A stretch of 64,000 nt of DNA from Octopus bimaculoides (lineage: Eukaryota): positions 126,760,478-126,824,477 of the forward strand of contig NC_068981.1 of assembly GCF_001194135.2 (NCBI RefSeq), written 5' to 3'. A model generated the notes under the pieces. It saw only the letters and a list, made by a program, of their open reading frames with translations, was not told the DNA's origin and searched no databases. The position numbers and the translations under genes were made by a program. The stretch's first letter is position 1. Every line of letters begins with the position of its first letter. Below are positions 26,831-41,402 of this stretch, one piece after another.

Positions 26831-29597
26831 AGAAAGTGACACTGATTTACCATCTTATATTCTAGAGGATAAGGCAAAATGCTTTATATTTTAGGGGAAG
26901 AGAAATCAGATCTGTGGCCGTCATGATTGTCTTTAAAAAGTAGTAACAAAACAATATAAGTGAATTTACTTTAAAGATCGAAGGTGAGAACTGCTTTGTG
27001 ATCTCAGATTGTTGAAATGTAACTTGTAGTCTAGGTCATTTCTTTCTTCTGTAATAATCACAAGAATGAACGTTGTGTACATTTTTGACTGTGTAAAGTG
27101 TTATTTACATACATGCATACATACATACACACACATTTATATATATANNNNNNNNNNNNNNNNNNNNNNNNNNNNNNNNNNNNNNNNNNNNNNNNNNNNN
27201 NNNNNNNNNNNNNNNNNNNNNNNNNNNNNNNNNNNNNNNNNNNNNNNNNNNNNNNNNNNNNNNNNNNNNNNNNNNNNNNNNNNNNNNNNNNNNNNNNNNN
27301 NNNNNNNNNNNNNNNNNNNNNNNNNNNNNNNNNNNNNNNNNNNNNNNNNNNNNNNNNNNNNNNNNNNNNNNNNNNNNNNNNNNNNNNNNNNNNNNNNNNN
27401 NNNNNNNNNNNNNNNNNNNNNNNNNNNNNNNNNNNNNNNNNNNNNNNNNNNNNNNNNNNNNNNNNNNNNNNNNNNNNNNNNNNNNNNNNNNNNNNNNNNN
27501 NNNNNNNNNNNNNNNNNNNNNNNNNNNNNNNNNNNNNNNNNNNNNNNNNNNNNNNNNNNNNNNNNNNNNNNNNNNNNNNNNNNNNNNNNNNNNNNNNNNN
27601 NNNNNNNNNNNNNNNNNNNNNNNNNNNNNNNNNNNNNNNNNNNNNNNNNNNNNNNNNNNNNNNNNNNNNNNNNNNNNNNNNNNNNNNNNNNNNNNNNNNN
27701 NNNNNNNNNNNNNNNNNNNNNNNNNNNNNNNNNNNNNNNNNNNNNNNNNNNNNNNNNNNNNNNNNNNNNNNNNNNNNNNNNNNNNNNNNNNNNNNNNNNN
27801 NNNNNNNNNNNNNNNNNNNNNNNNNNNNNNNNNNNNNNNNNNNNNNNNNNNNNNNNNNNNNNNNNNNNNNNNNNNNNNNNNNNNNNNNNNNNNNNNNNNN
27901 NNNNNNNNNNNNNNNNNNNNNNNNNNNNNNNNNNNNNNNNNNNNNNNNNNNNNNNNNNNNNNNNNNNNNNNNNNNNNNNNNNNNNNNNNNNNNNNNNNNN
28001 NNNNNNNNNNNNNNNNNNNNNNNNNNNNNNNNNNNNNNNNNNNNNNNNNNNNNNNNNNNNNNNNNNNNNNNNNNNNNNNNTATATATATATAATCCCAGA
28101 GACATCGTTCTTCAGTATACAAAGCATTAATTCTATCAATAAGTGAATGGTTTGGTTTCAAACGATGAGTTCTATAATTAAACCCGGTTGCAATTCAAGA
28201 CTGTTTTACTGTTACTATACTCATAATAAAGTAATCCTCGTGATGGTACAATGGAAATAAAAGGATAATTGTAGTTCGAACGATGATTTGTAATTAAAGC
28301 ATCAAAGTGGAACGACTGAAATATACTAAATTTTTCAAGTAATTTATCATTGAGTATTGTCCCTCTAGCACCACTGACGGCGTTTTGAATTAAATATTGT
28401 AACACAATAGCTATAGTGTTCACATACACGTGTTGGCTATTATGCGTCATATGTGTCTATACCATTTGTGTAAATGTTATTGCCTATGGTATCGCCTGTT
28501 AAACATGATCACCTGTAAATAGAACAAATCATACGCCTGGAATCTCACTCACTGAGCAAAAAGCAGTGTTTTGTTTCGAAGGGTTGAATTTGCCTTTCTT
28601 TCTTCCGTGATGAATAAAATGGCTATAAATTATTTAGAAATATCAATCTAATTATCGACATCCTATGTCATCAGTCTTGTGCCAGTAAGAAATCGAAATC
28701 ATCCGCAAAAAGCAGTGTGTCTTTGCGAGCTCAAAATAAGCTCCAGAAGAAAGACAAATCCGTTGTTCAAGTTGAACTCCAAGATATAATTAATTAACTT
28801 CACTGGCACCACAAATGACTGAGAAAAATCACTTCCTGTTGAGTGGAGAGCCTTTATTTTTTATATATAGAAACCAATATTTTTATTCGACATGAAATGA
28901 AGAAGTTCATGTCCTGGGAATGAAATGTTTTCTAAAGCTTAAAAAAATAGAAATTTGATCATTCTATTTTGTATGATATTTGTAACGGCGAAAATTTGGA
29001 GTTTATTGGATTTGATGTGTGCGAACATTCTTGTGTAATTCTGGTAATGAGAACCAGCAACCATTTAAGAAATGTTAGAATGTTAATCAACTGGATTCCA
29101 AAATAACAAGTTCATGTTGAAACAAGAAAATATTCCGAAAAGAATTCCTTGTTTTTAATGCAAGATTTAAAATAGAACAGAAGAAACATCCCAAATTTAC
29201 TGAAGAAATACAGTTAGTAATTTACTAACATCATATCTTAAAAATCAGAAAAAATATCCATTATAGAATTACAGCTGAAGTATGTGCATCAGTTCTGGTA
29301 TTGATAAAGACTGAATTTTATAATATTTAAAACTAATCTTCCTAACAGTAACCCTTCTCCGTCATTAGAGCTTCTTTTAACCGATCTTCAGAGTAATCCA
29401 ATAACTCATCAATTTCAATTCACTTCAGTTCACACATCAAGTTACTTCTCTCTTGATATCTCATTTATAATTACTATCTAATAGACATGGCGGTAGGATC
29501 AATTCAATCATATTTGACTGTTTTTTATTCTTCAAGATATACTGACAGTGGCCCGTATACCTGTATACATTTACCCTATATTTAAATACAACAAAGC

Positions 29598-29785
29598 GGT
29601 CGAGCAAAATGCTTAGCGGTATTTTGTCCGTCTTTACGAGATCTGAGTTAAATTTCCACAGAGGTCGACTTTGTCTTTCATCCTTTCAGGGTCGATAAAA
29701 TAAGTATCAATTAAGCACTGGGGTCGATGTCATCCCCTCACCCGGAATTGCTGGCATTGTGTCAAAGTTTTGAAATCAATATTTA
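29598..29785 (+). mobile_element. tRNA-derived SINE, family B
   Basis: CAAAATGCTTAGCGGTATTTTGTCCGTCTTTACG...GAGGTCGACTTTGTCTTTCATCCTTTCAGGGTCGATAAAATAAGTA...CACTGGGGTCGATG. Confidence 0.85.
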
Positions 29786-30556
29786 AACATGATAATTTAC
29801 CCATTACGCAAACATAAATTGAAACGTTCTTATTCGCAAAAATGATTGAAACTGTTGACTAACGGTTCTTCACATTATTTTCTTTCGTTGTTTACCTTAA
29901 GTAAAGATGGTGGATAAAACAAAACGTGAACGAAATGTAGCATTTAAAAAATGACTGGTATAAAAAAAATGATGAGATGATAAAACAGTTGAGAAAACAT
30001 TAAAAGCTATGGTGAAAGCAGAGGCTGGTCATTTTGAATTGAAAATATATATGTAAAATATTATCAATAAATATAACAGTCAACCGGTAAACTCGCATTA
30101 ACCAAAACCTAAAACTTTTTATTTTATGATATAATGAATAATGGGCAAATATATATATGCTACACCCGGTAGTTGTTGACTGAGGCTTCTTTCTCGCTCG
30201 ATCAACGTAAGTTCTAAATCAGAACTGGAAAAATTCTGTGAATTATTTTAGCTGACATTTTGCTGTGAAATTATATAATTGGAAGAGATAGATTTATAGA
30301 AAATAGTAATGAAGCGATTCATGGATATCATTGAGCTGGAATGATAAAATGATCAAATAACTTACAATAAATTTATAATATCTTACACGAACGATTACTC
30401 AAAATATTGTGTTGATATTTAAGTTGAAATCTGTAAGGAGATAGATTCTCCAGGGTATTTAAAATAATTCTATATAATCAATACTATAAATTCTTATTCG
30501 TAATGATAAGAGAGAAAAATATCCGTATGTTCAGCGGTAAGAGCAATTAACGGATC

Positions 30557-31144
30557 TTTTTTAAAACGGGGGCCACATTTTTCATTAACGAAACACTTTG
30601 AAACTTGGAACACTGGTAGAATGTGTCATATAAAACATCTTTTTCTCTTAGTCTTCTTTAAAAAAAAAGAAATCCATAAATTATTCCATGTTAAAGTTGT
30701 CGTATTTCTGTAATTTCAACCAATCACTGACGTCCATTCAGCCGATATACATTAAGTGCCGACTACATAAACAAACGATTCTGAAACAATTAACCCTAAC
30801 CCTAACCCTAACTCTAACCCTAACCCTAACCCTAACCGTAGGGTTAGGGTTAGGGTTAAAGCAAATTTAAAATGAAAAAAGCAAATAAAACGAAGGTATG
30901 GAGATTAAATACGCTTTACATCGCTTAATCAGCCAAAGGAGTAAATCTAAACAACTGAATATTTGTCAGTGATTGGTTGAAATTATCGAAATAAGACAAT
31001 TTTTTACATGAAATAAATTCGAATACAAAAATATTTTTCTGTTCTATAACACAAAATAGATAAGTATGCGAAGTTTGAAAGTCTTTCGGTACCAAAAACA
31101 CTACGTAAAACATTAATGAAAAATGTGGCCCCCGTTTTAAAAAA
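30557..31144. mobile_element. MITE-like element with 32-bp terminal IRs and internal telomeric hexamers
   Basis: Perfect IR TTTTTTAAAACGGGGGCCACATTTTTCATTAA (30557-30588 / 31113-31144), inner 20-bp IR AATTTCAACCAATCACTGAC (about 30711 / about 30965), and a core of (TAACCC)~8 followed by (GGGTTA)3 at 30791-30858. Confidence 0.85.
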
Positions 31145-31762
31145 TATCTCAATTAATTAGTGTTCCACCTTAACATGGTATTTCTACTTTCTCATTTCTA
31201 GAAACATACTATAACTTGATTTTTTGTATCATCGTAATTATACTTGGAATATTGTGATAATCTAAAAATATTATTATTATCAGGAACAATTCTAGTTCTT
31301 AAAATAGCTTATAGGTATTTGTTATCATTTACAGAACTAGGTAAATGTTAGCGGTTTAACAAATACAGTGATTTGAAGAGAACCATATGTTACATATTTT
31401 CTCTTCGTAGGTTGAACTAATGCGAGAACGTGTGTACATTTTCAGTTTAGTATTGTAAATATACGATAATTGAAAAACTCCATGGATATCAGTTACAATT
31501 TGTTAAAGTCAGACGTCCTGGAGCATATGAAATAGAAGAAATAACAACCGAGTGTGGAAAGGCGCCATTTTGTGAGGCAATGCATAATTTTTCTCAGCTC
31601 CTAAGTTAAGAATTTAAATTAATAACATATAGAAAGAGAGAGAGATCAGCGATAGCAACTAATACGTCTGCCTCTTTGCTGCCCTACTCAGACATACTCA
31701 AAGAGAACATGCAAACACACACACACATACACGCAAATATACATATATGTATATGTATGTAC

Positions 31763-31802
<40 letters not shown>

Positions 31803-31904
31803 GTACGTGTATGTATATATTGTCTGTATGCATGTACGTGTGCGCGCATGTGTGTGTATGTGTGTGTGTGTGTAGGTTTGCATTTATGTACGGTGATTCT
31901 ACAT

Positions 31905-32451
<547 letters not shown>

Positions 32452-32949
32452 ATGTATATGTATGCTTTTATTCACTATGTGCGCATATGAAAATTCCTCT
32501 CCAGGCGAATACCGTAGTATTTTTTTCTACTATGCATTCGTTTGTCTGAAGAGTAAGGGGAGAGCATATGTCGTTACTGGAACCCTTTACACAAAGAAGC
32601 CTCAAGATAATTGTATGATATGACTGAGGTTTAATGTTCAATTGACAGGAATAGTCAAAAGGTTTAGCATGATTTACAAGACCCAACATTGTGTATATAA
32701 ATGAATAAATGCCTATAAACCAAATATACTACATAAACTTTCGTGATTTTATAGATAACATCTCAGAGAAATATATAAGATTTCTTAAGATATATATATC
32801 ATTTAATTGCTACCATGGCAGGTTTCTCCATTACTCAGATATTCCCTACGTAATGTTTCCCCAATGTTTCATGATGTCAGGCAGTTTGTAACTGTTGGTG
32901 ATGTAATCAAGATGAAGATATATTTTCGACTAGGTATACGCATGTGTAA

Positions 32950-32996
<47 letters not shown>

Positions 32997-34513
32997 CATA
33001 CATACATACATACANNNNNNNNNNNNNNNNNNNNNNNNNNNNNNNNNNNNNNNNNNNNNNNNNNNNNNNNNNNNNNNNNNNNNNNNNNNNNNNNNNNNNN
33101 NNNNNNNNNNNNNNNNNNNNNNNNNNNNNNNNNNNNNNNNNNNNNNNNNNNNNNNNNNNNNNNNNNNNNNNNNNNNNNNNNNNNNNNNNNNNNNNNNNNN
33201 NNNNNNNNNNNNNNNNNNNNNNNNNNNNNNNNNNNNNNNNNNNNNNNNNNNNNNNNNNNNNNNNNNNNNNNNNNNNNNNNNNNNNNNNNNNNNNNNNNNN
33301 NNNNNNNNNNNNNNNNNNNNNNNNNNNNNNNNNNNNNNNNNNNNNNNNNNNNNNNNNNNNNNNNNNNNNNNNNNNNNNNNNNNNNNNNNNNNNNNNNNNN
33401 NNNNNNNNNNNNNNNNNNNNNNNNNNNNNNNNNNNNNNNNNNNNNNNNNNNNNNNNNNNNNNNNNNNNNNNNNNNNNNNNNNNNNNNNNNNNNNNNNNNN
33501 NNNNNNNNNNNNNNNNNNNNNNNNNNNNNNNNNNNNNNNNNNNNNNNNNNNNNNNNNNNNNNNNNNNNNNNNNNNNNNNNNNNNNNNNNNNNNNNNNNNN
33601 NNNNNNNNNNNNNNNNNNNNNNNNNNNNNNNNNNNNNNNNNNNNNNNNNNNNNNNNNNNNNNNNNNNNNNNNNNNNNNNNNNNNNNNNNNNNNNNNNNNN
33701 NNNNNNNNNNNNNNNNNNNNNNNNNNNNNNNNNNNNNNNNNNNNNNNNNNNNNNNNNNNNNNNNNNNNNNNNNNNNNNNNNNNNNNNNNNNNNNNNNNNN
33801 NNNNNNNNNNNNNNNNNNNNNNNNNNNNNNNNNNNNNNNNNNNNNNNNNNNNNNNNNNNNNNNNNNNNNNNNNNNNNNNNNNNNNNNNNNNNNNNNNNNN
33901 NNNNNNNNNNNNNNNNNNNNNNNNNNNNNNNNNNNNNTATATATATATATATATATATATGCATACAAATACATATACATTTATGAGCCCAACTATTAAA
34001 AAATCCCTCAAAGATAGGGAGCATTTCAGAGGTGAGATGCATCGCATCTTACATGTTAACACCATATAAACCAAGGAAGAATAATAATTAAATGCAAAGA
34101 TTAAATTATCGACCTACTTTATTTACAACTGTTACAGTTTTGATGAATACAATTAATAATTGCTTCATGTTATACTCTATTATTAAATATGGAACAAAAT
34201 TCACACATATTCTTATTTCTATGGTTGAAAGCTAAGATAAAATCCACATGTAAACAATTAGATCAATCTGGAGAAACTTGCAGAATCCTAGAGGCATCAT
34301 TAATTTCTGTATACAACAGTGCAATGTAAGTTTGTGGCTCGTTGATATATCATATCCAAGGAAAAACTAAATTTTATGAATATATCAACTTCAAAGATAC
34401 ATCAGTGTCTGAAAGAGTAAAATAGGAATAACACATGGTGAATACAAAATGTAAAATACAGCAGTTAAATTTTACTCTTCAACAATCTATTTTTAATTTT
34501 ATTTCTTTCACAG

Positions 34514-34632
34514 ATGCTCTGGGACAATACCACCTCTTTTGGTTGTAGTATCCGTCAGTGTCCTACCCTTAATCTTGGAAACGGAAAAGTAATTAATGAG
34601 CCAACCTTCTTGGTGTGCCTCTATTGGCCAAG
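34514..34632 (+). CDS. CAP-domain protein, coding exon B (phase 0-2)
   Basis: Acceptor atttctttcacAG at 34512-34513 and donor AG|GTAAGT at 34633. Encodes MLWDNTTSFGCSIRQCPTLNLGNGKVINEPTFLVCLYWP, i.e. the CAP1 tail (Q-ML-W-xx-T..GC...C) and CAP2 (xVCxYxP). It joins exon A in frame with no gap in the motif. Confidence 0.92.
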
Positions 34633-37600
34633 GTAAGTTTGTCCCGATTTAACTTTGTTGTTTTGTACCGATGTACTCTTAATTTAATTACTTCAACACA
34701 GTCGTTCTTGCTACATTCAAACACGTGTCAAGAGCCAGAGTTTCTATTCTTATTTGTAACCCAATAGAATATGTAACAACACTTATCCTTTTTTAAATAT
34801 TTTATGATAGTTAAATCTATTAAATATTCAAACTTTTAACAACGTGACAGGTTATACGAAATTTGTTTATCTATTCAAGGAGAAAAAAGAAACCCATTTA
34901 GGAATGAACTCCCAACCAATTACAATTTATGCCATAATAAATATAAGTTGTTCCTCTATATACTTAATTTGAATATGTGCTATTAACAAGATCTAAAGTA
35001 ATCAATAAAACATTTTTATCGTGTTTTCTTTATGAATATTTAGTATGGAAAATACAATTATGAAAGTAAGGCAGTAAGCATTTGGAAAAGAAAGTAAAAT
35101 ATACTAAATTAAGAGATTATATTAAAGTCTACATTTTCTTCTAGGTATTTGATACATTTTACATTTTAGTCCAAATATTTTTCTATTTAGTGAAATGAGA
35201 ATTAATGAAAAATATTTTCAGTTGTGTAACTATAAGTTTTAGTTGTTTGGAAATGAGAGTAGCAATTAAGTGTATTTTTTACTGAAATTTAATGTTTCAT
35301 CTGGAGTCCCCTGGATAGAAATATCTCTATTTCCTCTCTTTAATATAAATAAACTATCTCCCATCAAAGCGAATAAAGACGGAAAATTAACTTAACCTAG
35401 CCTTCCTCACTTCAAATTATGCAATTAGTTTCTTGGAAGAAAATTCTTTCAACAATTCAGAACAGGTTGCGGGAACAGAAAATTATACAGCCACGTGATA
35501 AAAAAACACTCTTTGTACATCGGAATATGCACATTTGTAAATTCTTGAAGACAATATTTCATCTTGTTAGCAAAGAAACAAAATAATTTTATCTTTATTC
35601 TGCATAAACTTACTTCCTTACTAATAAGCAAAAAGTAAATAAAGTAAACGAAGTTTTACAGTCCTTTTGCCTGAATCATTTCACTAATTTGAAAGGAAGT
35701 AGTACACATACGACATCAGCATGAGATTGTTGTTTTAATAGAAATTAAGAAGATAACTTAAAAGGTTCAAGCATCCAACATGGGTGGTATCTCTCATGCT
35801 TCAGCTTGCATTCCTAGAGACATTTCCTTCCTTATTTGAATTCCCATCTATCTCTATCAACCAGCAGCATCCTTTGTACAGTGGGACTATTCTGTATTGA
35901 AGCTATTCAAATAAATCTAATAAAAAAAAGTATATTAAAATGATTTTCTACGAGTCTTTGTTTCAAAGTTTAATAGAAATCTAAATATATCATACAAACC
36001 CTTGATAAATGTTATTTCTAAGTATGAAGAACAAAAAGCTCAAAAGAATACGATGGTGAAACATCTTTTGTTCATTCGTGCTTTATGTCCTAATTTTGGA
36101 TCTTTTTATATTATTTTTTTCTTATTTTTGTCCGATAACTTAGTTCAAATGTAAGGATGGAACTTAATGTAAATAATATATAAGAATTTGTTTCAAGAAC
36201 ACGGTATATGTTTGTGTGTATGTGTATGCGTAATGAATATAAATTGGGATTAGAAATCTAACAGTCAACAGGTTTTCTTAACATGCACTTTTCTTTAAAT
36301 AATCCTAGCTTAAAAACTACAAACATTTCGTTTTCTTTCTCATGTCTCATTTGTCTACTTTTTCCTTTTGGCAAACATTTTTTTACCTTTTCATCTCTAT
36401 CTTTTTTCTGTTTTCTGTTTCGGTTTCATTCCTGTATTATCGAGCATACTAACAAAGCAACAGTATTTGAAACATTGCTTGGTTTCTTGAATTCATTTAT
36501 TTGATGCCTAAACTTTATCGTCACATTGGATTTTCCATGAATCCCGTTCTTCGAGTGTAATGTTCTTTAGTATCCTGAAGGATGTTGAAGGGTGCCAAGA
36601 ATAAATTTTCTTTAGAATAAACGAATATATATATATATATATATATTCATATTATATATATAATATATATATATACATACAGAGTTTTGTGAGGGCTGGT
36701 TCTGGGGCGTAATGTTTGAGTTTACCGGCAAAGAAAGTGGACGCTTTCTCCATGGGAGTACTTAACATTTTAGTATATCTTTTTCTTTTTACAAAGCAAA
36801 TGTTTTTATATTTTGAGAAATATATCATAAGGTTCACGCCTTTTCTCAGCTTGCCCGGGGTTGATCTCTTCACCTAAAATACTCGCCATCTTAAGTTTCC
36901 CGAAAATATTACTTGCTTACAATAATTTAGCCTTTTTTTTCTTTTTTTTCGAAAATACCTCCTTTATTTGCATCTGTTGTTAAAATATTTATTCAGTCTG
37001 TCAGCTCTCAGAACCAAGCAGACATTTTGCCTCAAGTTACGGCTTCAAACTTGGTGCTATGAAATCAACTCAATTACTTTCCCAGCAATTCATACTGCAG
37101 CTAAATGTCTAAAAACAGCTGCATATTAAAGGCAATATATTTTCGATAGCCTGTTTTAAAACAACAAAGAAGTTTTCCTTTTAGCATGTAAAAATTATTT
37201 TAAAAGCTGGCCAATACCGAAATAGATAAAATACATAAAATAAATAGAAAAGGTACATTTCATCTTTAAACGAAAATACATTGTACAAAATTATTTTTCT
37301 ATAAAGTCATGAAAACTATTCAGCATATAAAACATTTTATAATCTTCTGAATTAGAAATTGGAATCTTCAAGAGACAAAATTAATTTTAACAATTATCCT
37401 GGAGAGCACTGCGTGTCTAATTAAAATTTCTGTATTCAGTTTTATATAACATCAGCTCCATTTCAGAAAGTCAGTCTATGTTTGTACCTATAAACAAACT
37501 TCTGTATATCTTTATTTAACTTATTAGACTGCAGCTATGCAGGGACACAACTTTCAAGAGTTTAATCGAAAAAATCGACCCACCATCCGCAGCACTCGCC

Positions 37601-37720
37601 TAATACTGTCTGAGTGTACAAATAAGTTCGTCATAGCAAGGTGCCTCAATTTAAGTACCTAATTCAACTGAATCTAAATTACATTATAGATAGATAGATA
37701 GATAGACAGATAGAGATGTA

Positions 37721-38127
37721 TTCTTTTATTTTTTATACCTTTACTTGCTTCAGTCATTTGACTGCGGCCATGCTTGAGCACAGCCTTTAGTAGAGCAAAT
37801 CAACCTCAGGACTTATTCTTTGTAAGCCTAGTACTTATTCTATCTGTCTGTTGTGCCGAACCGCTAAGTTACAGGGACTTAAACATACCAGCATCGGTTG
37901 TTAAGCAATGTTAGGGAGGGGGAAAAACAGACATACAAACGTATACACACATACATATATATATGACGGGCCTCCTTCAGCTTCCGTCTACCAAATCCAC
38001 TCACAAGACCCTGGTCGGCCCGAAGCTATAGTGAAAGACACTTGTCCAAGGTGCTACGCAGTGGAACTGAACCCGGAACCATGTCGTTGGTAAGCAAGCC
38101 ACTTACCCCACAGCCACTCCTGCGCCT
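37721..38127 (-). mobile_element. Full-length tRNA-derived SINE, family A
   Basis: Colinear reverse complement of 22407-22815, from AGGCGCAGGAGTGGCTGTG to GCAGTCAAATGACTGAAGCAAGTAAA. Confidence 0.9.
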
Positions 38128-38216
38128 ACATACATACACACATGCATACATACATACATACATACATACATACATACATGCATGCATACATACATACATA
38201 CCTATATACATACATA

Positions 38217-38433
38217 CGAGGTGGGGCTAAAAAGTTCCTAGCTTTGGGTAATAAAAAATACAGGACGATCAGTTAATTATGATTTTATTCAACATATTCC
38301 TCTCTCAGATTCACACATTTATTGCAGCGGTCCTTCAGTTTTTCTAAGGCTTGTAAAAGAACTCGGAAGGTTGATCCTCCAACCAGGCCTTTCGCGACAC
38401 CCTTAAAGCTAGGAACTTTTCAGCACCCCCTCG
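38217..38433. mobile_element. Mariner-type MITE (about 217 bp)
   Basis: TIRs of about 29 bp (CGAGGTGGGGCTAAAAAGTTCCTAGCTTT vs reverse complement CGAGGGGGTGCTGAAAAGTTCCTAGCTTT), TA on the left flank; a second copy lies at 44165. Confidence 0.8.
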
Positions 38434-38550
38434 TGTATGTGTGTGCCCAGCTGACCCTACTATACTGTGTAGTCGACGAAATCAAGAACAAACAATGCTC
38501 ATGCGCGAAATGAAAAAAACTACTTGATAGTTTATTCACTGCACCCTGTA
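38434..38550. mobile_element. Terminus of a second Tc1/mariner-like element
   Basis: Ends in GATAGTTTATTCACTGCACCCTG-TA, i.e. a CAGGGTG-type TIR with TA. The partner end was not found; a gap follows. Confidence 0.45.
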
Positions 38551-39789
38551 TANNNNNNNNNNNNNNNNNNNNNNNNNNNNNNNNNNNNNNNNNNNNNNNN
38601 NNNNNNNNNNNNNNNNNNNNNNNNNNNNNNNNNNNNNNNNNNNNNNNNNNNNNNNNNNNNNNNNNNNNNNNNNNNNNNNNNNNNNNNNNNNNNNNNNNNN
38701 NNNNNNNNNNNNNNNNNNNNNNNNNNNNNNNNNNNNNNNNNNNNNNNNNNNNNNNNNNNNNNNNNNNNNNNNNNNNNNNNNNNNNNNNNNNNNNNNNNNN
38801 NNNNNNNNNNNNNNNNNNNNNNNNNNNNNNNNNNNNNNNNNNNNNNNNNNNNNNNNNNNNNNNNNNNNNNNNNNNNNNNNNNNNNNNNNNNNNNNNNNNN
38901 NNNNNNNNNNNNNNNNNNNNNNNNNNNNNNNNNNNNNNNNNNNNNNNNNNNNNNNNNNNNNNNNNNNNNNNNNNNNNNNNNNNNNNNNNNNNNNNNNNNN
39001 NNNNNNNNNNNNNNNNNNNNNNNNNNNNNNNNNNNNNNNNNNNNNNNNNNNNNNNNNNNNNNNNNNNNNNNNNNNNNNNNNNNNNNNNNNNNNNNNNNNN
39101 NNNNNNNNNNNNNNNNNNNNNNNNNNNNNNNNNNNNNNNNNNNNNNNNNNNNNNNNNNNNNNNNNNNNNNNNNNNNNNNNNNNNNNNNNNNNNNNNNNNN
39201 NNNNNNNNNNNNNNNNNNNNNNNNNNNNNNNNNNNNNNNNNNNNNNNNNNNNNNNNNNNNNNNNNNNNNNNNNNNNNNNNNNNNNNNNNNNNNNNNNNTG
39301 TGTGTGTGTGTGTGTGTGTGTGTATCAAATATTTGCATTGCTACTACCTGCTTCCTTCTACGAAGCCCTCACAAGACAGACACAAAAGAGGAAAATGTCC
39401 CTTATGGAAATACTTTTTTAAAATATTTCATGTAATTTTCTACAATTTAATTGCGTTTCTTGCTTTCCTCTACGTTGAAAAAGTCGCAAAGACTGAACCA
39501 GTATAAAAATGTTCTTCATGATCAAATTATTCTAGCATTTTCTATCTTATTTTCCTTATACATAACAATTCGTGTGTTCTTTTTCAACTTTGTACATACA
39601 CACACGCATACGTGTGTGTTTGTGTGTGTGTGTGTGTGTGTGCATTTATATTATTTATTATTACTTAATTGAACCCGGTGCATCCATCTCTAAGTAAGTT
39701 TATCGTCACCTTTTTGATGCGACTCTCTATACTGTTTTCTTCCTCCATCCTTCTCTAACTTCCTTTTTCTCTCCCTACCTTCTTCACTG

Positions 39790-39824
<35 letters not shown>

Positions 39825-39846
39825 TTTCTCTTTCTCTCTCTCTCTT

Positions 39847-39893
<47 letters not shown>

Positions 39894-40576
39894 NNNNNNN
39901 NNNNNNNNNNNNNNNNNNNNNNNNNNNNNNNNNNNNNNNNNNNNNNNNNNNNNNNNNNNNNNNNNNNNNNNNNNNNNNNNNNNNNNNNNNNNNNNNNNNN
40001 NNNNNNNNNNNNNNNNNNNNNNNNNNNNNNNNNNNNNNNNNNNNNNNNNNNNNNNNNNNNNNNNNNNNNNNNNNNNNNNNNNNNNNNNNNNNNNNNNNNN
40101 NNNNNNNNNNNNNNNNNNNNNNNNNNNNNNNNNNNNNNNNNNNNNNNNNNNNNNNNNNNNNNNNNNNNNNNNNNNNNNNNNNNNNNNNNNNNNNNNNNNN
40201 NNNNNNNNNNNNNTATTCCCCTTTCGTTCTGGTCCAACGACCCTTCATGTTTGTTTTCGTTCGGTTTCTTTGTATGTTTTCACTGTCGTGTTTTTGTTCC
40301 TAACTCTGACCCTCCACAAATCCTAAATTTTATTTTAGAATATATGGGAGCAACTGTCTTTGAAGACTCATATTATCTTTGAATGCTCGAAATGAGGAGT
40401 ATAGAGACAGCCGATAACTGATGAAGGGTCCTTTCTCTTTGTTTATTTATCCTGTTTTCCCATTTTCTTTTCTCGTTGTATGTATTTAACTCGTTTGTTT
40501 ACGTATTTCATGTTATTTGCACCGTTGATGACGTCCTGCACCCATATATCCATGTACATATATATATATATATGTA

Positions 40577-40613
<37 letters not shown>

Positions 40614-40895
40614 CTTCGTTTTGACACGTCTCATATACATTGATTTTATGTTCAGTAGAAAAAAAGGAAAGGAAACTGTTTTATCCTGCAAGCCTAAAAG
40701 TAATTAGGGAGTCTTGAAGTGGAATTAACAGAATTTATTTCTCAGGAATGTGGTAGAAACAAATGCAAAAAATGTTATGTCGGTGACTTGTCATCATTAG
40801 TACAGTACATATCTGGGTGTCTGTGTACTCATGTACATATGAGGATAAGGGTACATACCTAAAGACACATGAAAAATAAAATATATTTATATCTA

Positions 40896-40946
<51 letters not shown>

Positions 40947-41354
40947 GTGATAATTTAATCTAAATTCTCATACTGAAATTGGTTAATTGGGTTTTTCATC
41001 AAGGATGAATTTTCGAAAAGTGAGTTACATCTTCACGTGTTGGTTGACTTACAACAGACTCAAACGTGTGCGTTTTAGAATGTATGGATGGATGGGTGGA
41101 TGGATGGATGGATGGATGGTTGGATGGATGGATGGATACATATATTCACTGTGTGCTTTGTGATACATATACGATCAAGCATGTCCGTTAATAAGCATGT
41201 GAACAATGTGGTGGTGAGAGAGGATCTGCGGGGGTGATCAGTGCTGCTGAAGATATTCGGTGATGAGCTTATTAAATAAGCCTGACGAGAAAGAAAATTG
41301 AGAACAGTATTGCGGTTATCATTATCTTCATAATCAACGACTATAACGATAGAA

Positions 41355-41402
41355 GCGGGAGCGGGAGCGGGAGCGGGAGCGGGAGCGGGAGCGGGAGCGG
41401 AA
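41355..41402 (+). repeat. (GCGGGA)7 hexamer repeat
   Basis: Seven perfect units plus a partial one, next to (GGAT)n at about 41084-41137. Confidence 0.95.

Noticed and set aside
30791-30858. Telomere-telomere fusion scar
   Set aside because: The order is (CCCTAA)n then (TTAGGG)n, opposite to a fusion, and the tract is short and enclosed by TIRs.
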